Assembly: GCA_963737905.1 (NCBI GenBank) | Contig: CAVTUQ010000019.1 | Location: forward strand, 64,001 to 128,000 | Length of the DNA stretch: 64,000 nt | Direction: 5' to 3' | Origin: an uncultured delta proteobacterium | GTDB taxonomy: Bacteria > Desulfobacterota > Binatia > UBA9968 | Notes under the pieces: model-generated | The model's database searches: none | The model's input: the letters and a program-made list of their open reading frames with translations, nothing else | What the model was told of the DNA's origin: nothing | Shown: in pieces, positions 58,708 to 64,000 of the stretch | Position numbering within the stretch: the first letter of the stretch is position 1 | How the letters are laid out: each line of letters starts with the position of its first letter | Translations under genes and position numbers: made by a program

Positions 58708-61700
58708 ATGACGGAAAGTTTTCAGCGCTCCAAGCAGGATTGGCTCCTTGGGGTCGGTCTTTTTTGTTTCTTCTTTTCCGGCGCAGCGGGTCTAATCTAC
58801 CAGGTTGTATGGACCCGGATGCTTACCCAGATCTTCGGCAACACGACCTACGCTATCGCCACGGTCTTGTCCGCGTTCATGGCCGGATTGGCGATCGGCA
58901 GCTATCTCTTTGGAAAAATCGCCGACCGCGGCAAGAACGACTTCCTGCTATACGGGGTTCTTGAGGCGGGAGTGGGAATCTATGGATTTGCCGTACCTTG
59001 GATTTTCCACATGGCGCAAAAGATCTACGGCCCAATTTTCGGCCTCAATGAGTCGTATCCATTTATTTTCAATTTGGTGCTCTTTTCTCTTTGCTTTGTC
59101 TTGCTCGTGTTTCCGACCCTGCTCATGGGTGCTACCTTGCCGGTCCTGAGCCGCTTCTTCGTGCGCAGCTTTGCCCAGTTCGGCCGGCGGGTGGGAGACC
59201 TGTACGCCACCAACACCCTGGGCGCGGTGATCGGTTGCGCGGCCGGCGGTTTCCTTCTCATTCCCACTCTCGGAATGCGCGCTACCGTCTTTGTGGCAGC
59301 GACGGTCAATCTGTTGATCGCGGCGCTGATTTTGATTGTCGATCGCCTGCGGGATAAAGAACCAACGGAGTTCGCGGCCGAAACTGCTGCGGAAGCGGTC
59401 GAAAGAACAGAAAGAGAAGCCGCGCCATCATGGCTGCTTTGGGTTTTGTTGATCTCCTTCGGGCTCTCGGGATTTGCCTCCCTGGTCTATGAGAATGCCT
59501 GGACTCGTGCTTTGACACTGGTGATTGGCAGCTCGATCTATGCGTTCACGACGATGCTGGTGACTTTCCTCATCGGTCTCTCTCTCGGTGGGTTTATCTA
59601 CGCGCGCTTCCTGGGGAGGCGTGAGGCTCGCCTGAGCACGTTCGGGTTGATCGAGCTCGGGGTAGGCTTGGCCGCCCTGGCGACCATTCCTCTTTTCGAA
59701 CGGTTGCCATTGATCTTTGTTCGATTGCTGCAAGGCTTTGGGGATACGTTTACCGTCTTTCTCTACCTCCAAATATTTTTGTCGGCGCTGGTGATGTTCG
59801 TGCCTACGGTGCTCCTGGGCATGACGTTTCCATTGGTTGCGCGATTGTTTACGCAAAGTCTGTATCGCGTCGGTAGCGGTGTCGGTAGCTCCTATGCCGC
59901 CAATACCGTGGGCGCGGTTCTTGGCGCCTTTGCGGGCGGGTTTATTTTAATACCGAATATCGGCGTGCAGAATGCCATCCTATTCGCCGTGGTCATGAAT
60001 CTTTTGATCGGTTGCCTGCTCGTGTGGACGGATCCGCGAATGTCTATGGTGCCGCGATTTGCACTGGGTTTAGTTGTGTTGGTCCTGGCGGTTTTAATTC
60101 CCTTCCGAGTGCCGCGCTGGGATCCGCATATTCTCACCAGCGGTGTTACCATCTATTTCGATCGCTACGAGGGCCTGCCGACCAACTCCCTGCGGTTGGA
60201 AGAAATGAAGCGCGACGACGTCCTTTACTACCGCGAGGGGTTGACGACCACGGTGAGTGTTCATCGCATTCCTGGTAGCGAATACATGTACTTCAAGTCA
60301 AACGGTAAAATCGATGGTTCCTACGGCGATGCGCTCAGCCAGCTCATGACCAGCTACATTCCCATGTTGCTCCATCCCAAGGCTGAGTACGCGCTCACGA
60401 TCGGCTTGGGAACCGGCATGTCGACGAAGGCGTTGGCGACCTTCGATACCTTGAAGGAAATTGAGGTCATCGAGATCGAGCCGGCGATGATCGAAGCCAG
60501 CAAGTTCTTCGATCGAGCCTCTGTGAGAATGGACACACTGCCCGTGGGCGTCAGTTTCCCCGCTGACGATGGGAAAAGCAGAGTCTGGTACGACAAAAGC
60601 AAGAAACTCCTCTTCTACAAAGGCGTCATGAAAGACGAAGAACGGTCCAGGCTGATGAAACTTTCGGAGGACCTCGAATATCGGGGGTCCATCGATACGC
60701 TTCATCGGCGCGCACGTAACTCCCGTCATAGCAGTGTCCTCGAAGACAAGCGGGTGCGCGTGATTCCGACGGACGGCCGGAACTATATTCTCGCGACGCC
60801 AAAGTATTACGACGTGATCACCGCCGAGCCGTCGAATCCCTGGATCGCGGGTATCGCCAATCTGTACACGAGGGAATTCTACCAGGTGATCAAGTCAAAG
60901 ATTAAGGAGGACGGGATCTTCGCGCAGTGGTTTCACAATTACTCCATGTCGCCGGACGATTTCCGCATGGTGTTTCGGACTTTCGTCGAGGCTTTCCCGT
61001 ACGTATCGCTCTGGAGCATGAAGGAAAGCGATTTCCTGCTGGTCGGCAGCAAGCAGGAACATCCCTTCGATTACGCCGCAGTGAAGAAAATCTATGACAG
61101 TAATTGGATGCTGAGGTCGGATCTCGACTATCTAGGGTTATCGGATGTTTATGCGGTGCAGGGGTTTTATCGTATGGGAAGAGAAAACCTATTGACCTTT
61201 TCCAAGGGCGCTGACATCAACACGGACGACGGCGCGCAGCTGGAGTTCTCCGCGCCCAAAAGCCTTCGCCGCGCGACAACGGAGCTCAATCGGAAAATTA
61301 TGGTCCCCTACATCGTTGATTCGCCGCCGTGGTTGAAAAACAAATCGCTGCCGGTCCCGGAAGCCATGCATCACTATTATATGGCGCAGTCCTACGTGGC
61401 GAGCGTTGCCAACAATCGGGCTTTAGATGAATTGGAACAAGCCATCCGTTTGGATCCAACGAATCCAAGGTTCTATGTTTTGCAAACCAAAATTCTGTTG
61501 GATCAAGACAAGAGCGTTGAGGCGGCCAAAACCGCCTTCGCTGCCATGGAACGGTCGCGCGATACCGTTTCGGATATTTTGGCGCTGAGTGACGAGTTCT
61601 ATTTGCCGGAAGCCAAGACCGTCTATTCCAAAGCTATTGCGCTGGGCAACCGTGAGGTTCTTCCCTATCTGGGTTTGGGAAATATCGCGCTCCACTCGGG

Positions 61701-62142
61701 AGACATCCACGAAGCGGAAAAATGGTTTATGCAGGCACGTGAGATTCAGGCGGACCATCCCGCGGTATTGCTGGCGTTGGGTCGCCTCGCCTTGGTAAAA
61801 GGCAATCGTGAAAAGGATAATGAGGCGGCCACAAGTCTTTTTCAGGAAGCCAGGGGACAGCTGGAAAAATCCAAAGCGAAGGGCGAGGACTCGGCCACGC
61901 TTTATTCGGAATTGGGAGAGGTCTATGTCAAACTGAACATGTGGGACAAAGCCGCCGAATCCTACAAAGAAGCGTTACGAATGCGGCGGAGAAGAAACGA
62001 TTGGCGGCGCTCTCTGGGCGAAGCCTACGCGAAGCTCGGCAAAGTGGGGGAGGCGGAACAGAAATACCGCGAGGTTTTGGCTTTAAGCCCCGACGACGAC
62101 CAAGCCTTCTACGGTCTTCAAGCTTTGGGAAAGAGGTACTGA
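58708..62142 (+). CDS. Fused MFS-like membrane domain/spermidine synthase with C-terminal TPRs
   Basis: SGAAGLIYQVVW and LYATNTLGA repeats; IGLGTG, DGRNY, AEPSNPW; TPR motifs. Confidence 0.85.
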   Translation: MTESFQRSKQDWLLGVGLFCFFFSGAAGLIYQVVWTRMLTQIFGNTTYAIATVLSAFMAGLAIGSYLFGKIADRGKNDFLLYGVLEAGVGIYGFAVPWIFHMAQKIYGPIFGLNESYPFIFNLVLFSLCFVLLVFPTLLMGATLPVLSRFFVRSFAQFGRRVGDLYATNTLGAVIGCAAGGFLLIPTLGMRATVFVAATVNLLIAALILIVDRLRDKEPTEFAAETAAEAVERTEREAAPSWLLWVLLISFGLSGFASLVYENAWTRALTLVIGSSIYAFTTMLVTFLIGLSLGGFIYARFLGRREARLSTFGLIELGVGLAALATIPLFERLPLIFVRLLQGFGDTFTVFLYLQIFLSALVMFVPTVLLGMTFPLVARLFTQSLYRVGSGVGSSYAANTVGAVLGAFAGGFILIPNIGVQNAILFAVVMNLLIGCLLVWTDPRMSMVPRFALGLVVLVLAVLIPFRVPRWDPHILTSGVTIYFDRYEGLPTNSLRLEEMKRDDVLYYREGLTTTVSVHRIPGSEYMYFKSNGKIDGSYGDALSQLMTSYIPMLLHPKAEYALTIGLGTGMSTKALATFDTLKEIEVIEIEPAMIEASKFFDRASVRMDTLPVGVSFPADDGKSRVWYDKSKKLLFYKGVMKDEERSRLMKLSEDLEYRGSIDTLHRRARNSRHSSVLEDKRVRVIPTDGRNYILATPKYYDVITAEPSNPWIAGIANLYTREFYQVIKSKIKEDGIFAQWFHNYSMSPDDFRMVFRTFVEAFPYVSLWSMKESDFLLVGSKQEHPFDYAAVKKIYDSNWMLRSDLDYLGLSDVYAVQGFYRMGRENLLTFSKGADINTDDGAQLEFSAPKSLRRATTELNRKIMVPYIVDSPPWLKNKSLPVPEAMHHYYMAQSYVASVANNRALDELEQAIRLDPTNPRFYVLQTKILLDQDKSVEAAKTAFAAMERSRDTVSDILALSDEFYLPEAKTVYSKAIALGNREVLPYLGLGNIALHSGDIHEAEKWFMQAREIQADHPAVLLALGRLALVKGNREKDNEAATSLFQEARGQLEKSKAKGEDSATLYSELGEVYVKLNMWDKAAESYKEALRMRRRRNDWRRSLGEAYAKLGKVGEAEQKYREVLALSPDDDQAFYGLQALGKRY

Positions 62143-62179
62143 ACTAGGGCATTTCCTTGTTGTCCGTTATTTCCGCAGG

Positions 62180-62214
62180 GGGCCTTCGGTGATGCGCCGA
62201 AGGCCTTTTGTTTT
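62180..62214 (+). terminator. Intrinsic terminator
   Basis: ggccttcggt..gccgaaggcc followed by ttttgtttt. Confidence 0.7.
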
Positions 62215-62292
62215 GGACGAGGCGCTTTGCAGTTCCGGTCTCAAGGCTTTATTGTGTGGGACGAGCGTAAAGGACGGGCGAGGGAGCACCTG

Positions 62293-63108
62293 ATGTTGAA
62301 GGAAAAAATCGGAATTATTGGGGCAGGGAAGATCGGCTCGGCGATCGTGCGTGGAATCATTGGGGCCGGTCTCGTGGCCAGAGATCAAGTCATGGCGGGC
62401 GATGTAAGCGACGCATTGCGGCAGTCCATTGCCAAAGAGCTCGGCATCCAAGTCACGGCGGACAACGGCAGAGTCTGTGATTTCGCCGACAGCGTTATTC
62501 TCGCAGTCAAACCCCAGATCGTGGACTCGGTGGTCAAGGAAATCGCAGAGAAGCTGGGCAAAGCCAAGCTTTTGGTCTCGGTTGCCGCGGGTGTTCCTCT
62601 TGTCCGCCTGGAGGCCAATTTGTCGCAAGAGGCTCGCGTTGTACGGGTCATGCCCAATATTCCCTGTGTCGTGGGTGCCGGAGCAGCCGGCTATGCCGGC
62701 GGGGCATACGCGACGGCCGAGGATATGGAGAAAGTCGGCTTGATTCTCAACAGTTTTGGCATCGCCCTGCCCGTGGAAGAAAAATATTTGGACGCGGTGA
62801 CCGGGCTCAGCGGCAGCGGGCCGGCGTATGTGTTTCTCTTTATTGAGTCGTTGGCAGACGGCGGAGTTCAAATGGGTCTATCCCGAGAAGTCGCGCTGAA
62901 ACTAGCGCTCCACACGGTATACGGCTCCGCGCGCATGGCACTCGAAAGCGGCAAACACCTCGGGGAACTGAGGGACGAAGTCACCTCGCCAGGGGGGACG
63001 ACGATCGCGGGACTCTACGCGCTGGAGCAAAAGGGATTTCGCGGAACTGTCATGGAAGCCGTCGTTAGCGCCACGCGGCGGTCCCAAGAGCTGGGAAAGG
63101 GACAATAG
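62293..63108 (+). CDS. proC: Pyrroline-5-carboxylate reductase
   Basis: IGAGKIG, LAVKPQ, RVMPN, GLSGSGPAY, VTSPGGTT. Confidence 0.95.
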   Translation: MLKEKIGIIGAGKIGSAIVRGIIGAGLVARDQVMAGDVSDALRQSIAKELGIQVTADNGRVCDFADSVILAVKPQIVDSVVKEIAEKLGKAKLLVSVAAGVPLVRLEANLSQEARVVRVMPNIPCVVGAGAAGYAGGAYATAEDMEKVGLILNSFGIALPVEEKYLDAVTGLSGSGPAYVFLFIESLADGGVQMGLSREVALKLALHTVYGSARMALESGKHLGELRDEVTSPGGTTIAGLYALEQKGFRGTVMEAVVSATRRSQELGKGQ

Positions 63109-63124
63109 GCATTGAAGCGTTGCC

Positions 63125-63706
63125 TCATTTCTTTTTCCAATTTCCTTGAGCGTCTTGGATCCACCAACCCGGTTGCGCCTGTTCAATCCAACTCCTGGCG
63201 AAAATACTTTTGATTTTTGTCACGGATTCCTTGGGAAAATTATTCGCCTTCGCTATCTCAAGATACAGGGATTCGCGATCCCGGTTCTCCGCGTCTACGA
63301 GCTGTTGCACCTCCGCCCGTTCCTTAAGGCTAAGGCCGTCTGCGGTTCGGATCGTCAGCAGGCCATCTTTTGTGAGCCCCACATTGCCGCGATCCATAAA
63401 CGGCTTGATGGATCCGCTTCGATTCTTGATCGAATCTTTCAAAGCGCGAATGGCGGGATTGGAAATATTGATGTCCGCTTCTTGGGCGAAAACTGAGTCG
63501 ACAAAACCGACAGATGCGATCTTCCACCCCGGAGTCGAAAGCAGACTGCGGGGTTGCTCTTTGGGAACCGATTCGACTCGGCTTCCCCAGGTTTCTTTGA
63601 CAATCTCATCCGCCGCGCGCTCCACCGCTGCGGCCGGAAAATAGATATTCACTGTCACGCAGGAGTTCACTAAGAATGCTATGAGAACAGCAATCCGTTT
63701 CAACAT
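63125..63706 (-). CDS. YdbL/DUF1318 family lipoprotein
   Basis: CVTVNIYFPA, ENRDRESLY, GWWIQ..GNWKKK. Confidence 0.8.
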   Translation of the reverse strand: MLKRIAVLIAFLVNSCVTVNIYFPAAAVERAADEIVKETWGSRVESVPKEQPRSLLSTPGWKIASVGFVDSVFAQEADINISNPAIRALKDSIKNRSGSIKPFMDRGNVGLTKDGLLTIRTADGLSLKERAEVQQLVDAENRDRESLYLEIAKANNFPKESVTKIKSIFARSWIEQAQPGWWIQDAQGNWKKK

Positions 63707-63718
63707 AATGCCTCCATG

Positions 63719-64000
63719 TCACTTGATTTGCGGCTTGTCTGATTTCTGGATTTGTTCTAATCGCTTCATAAGGTCACTAAAAGCAATCTCCCGTGTGTGG
63801 CTGATGACGTTGACGGTCGGCGGAAAAAAGCTGCCGACGACGAGAAATTCTTTTCCTCCATCGCTCTCGATGCCACGGAGGGTCAGTTTGTCGTTTCTCA
63901 GGGTGGCCTTGAATCCCATCTTGCTATAACGGAATTCGTCAAAAAGACCGGCGATCCCTCCATAGACCAGACTCCCATCCTCACCGGAGCTTAATACCGT
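63719..64000 (-). CDS. C-terminal end of a gene running off the window (possibly YdbH/AsmA-like)
   Basis: Open frame ending ISHTREIAFSDLMKRLEQI directly upstream of the YdbL-like gene. Confidence 0.45.
   Translation of the reverse strand, partial: TVLSSGEDGSLVYGGIAGLFDEFRYSKMGFKATLRNDKLTLRGIESDGGKEFLVVGSFFPPTVNVISHTREIAFSDLMKRLEQIQKSDKPQIK

Noticed and set aside
1-64000. CRISPR array, tRNA or rRNA
   Set aside because: The repeats are palindromic or short-period tandem units without constant-length unique spacers; no cas, cloverleaf or rRNA signatures were seen

Overview
This is a bacterial chromosomal segment of moderately high GC, dominated by uptake and catabolism genes. The large excess of orphan NMT1/THI5-type substrate-binding proteins (SBPs) and the repeat repertoire resemble Candidatus Binatia/Binatota; this is inference only, as no marker gene is present. 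Contents: about 14 SBP genes, but only one permease/ATPase pair (at the left edge); seven heme-oxygenase-like diiron (CADD/PqqC/TenA-fold) paralogues in two clusters; four UbiD-family decarboxylases, one closely resembling phthaloyl-CoA decarboxylase and followed by two family III CoA transferases; a Rieske oxygenase; a LigB-like dioxygenase; VOC proteins; a ComDE-like TPP enzyme pair; a xanthine-dehydrogenase-family Mo subunit; a HigBA-like toxin-antitoxin pair; a GIY-YIG nuclease next to a CGTC-type REP; an IS1111-like IS110 element inserted at a resolvable CG core inside an SBP gene; many REP, MITE and heptamer repeats, several read in frame; and housekeeping genes at the right end (panE, proC, fused spermidine synthase). 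The best candidate for an undescribed system is the array of diiron-oxidase paralogues interleaved with SBPs (25-31.5 kb), together with a second subfamily paired with UbiD enzymes (40-48 kb). Many single-base frameshifts suggest sequencing or assembly indels. No rRNA, tRNA or CRISPR array was seen. All family calls come from motif recognition, not database searches.
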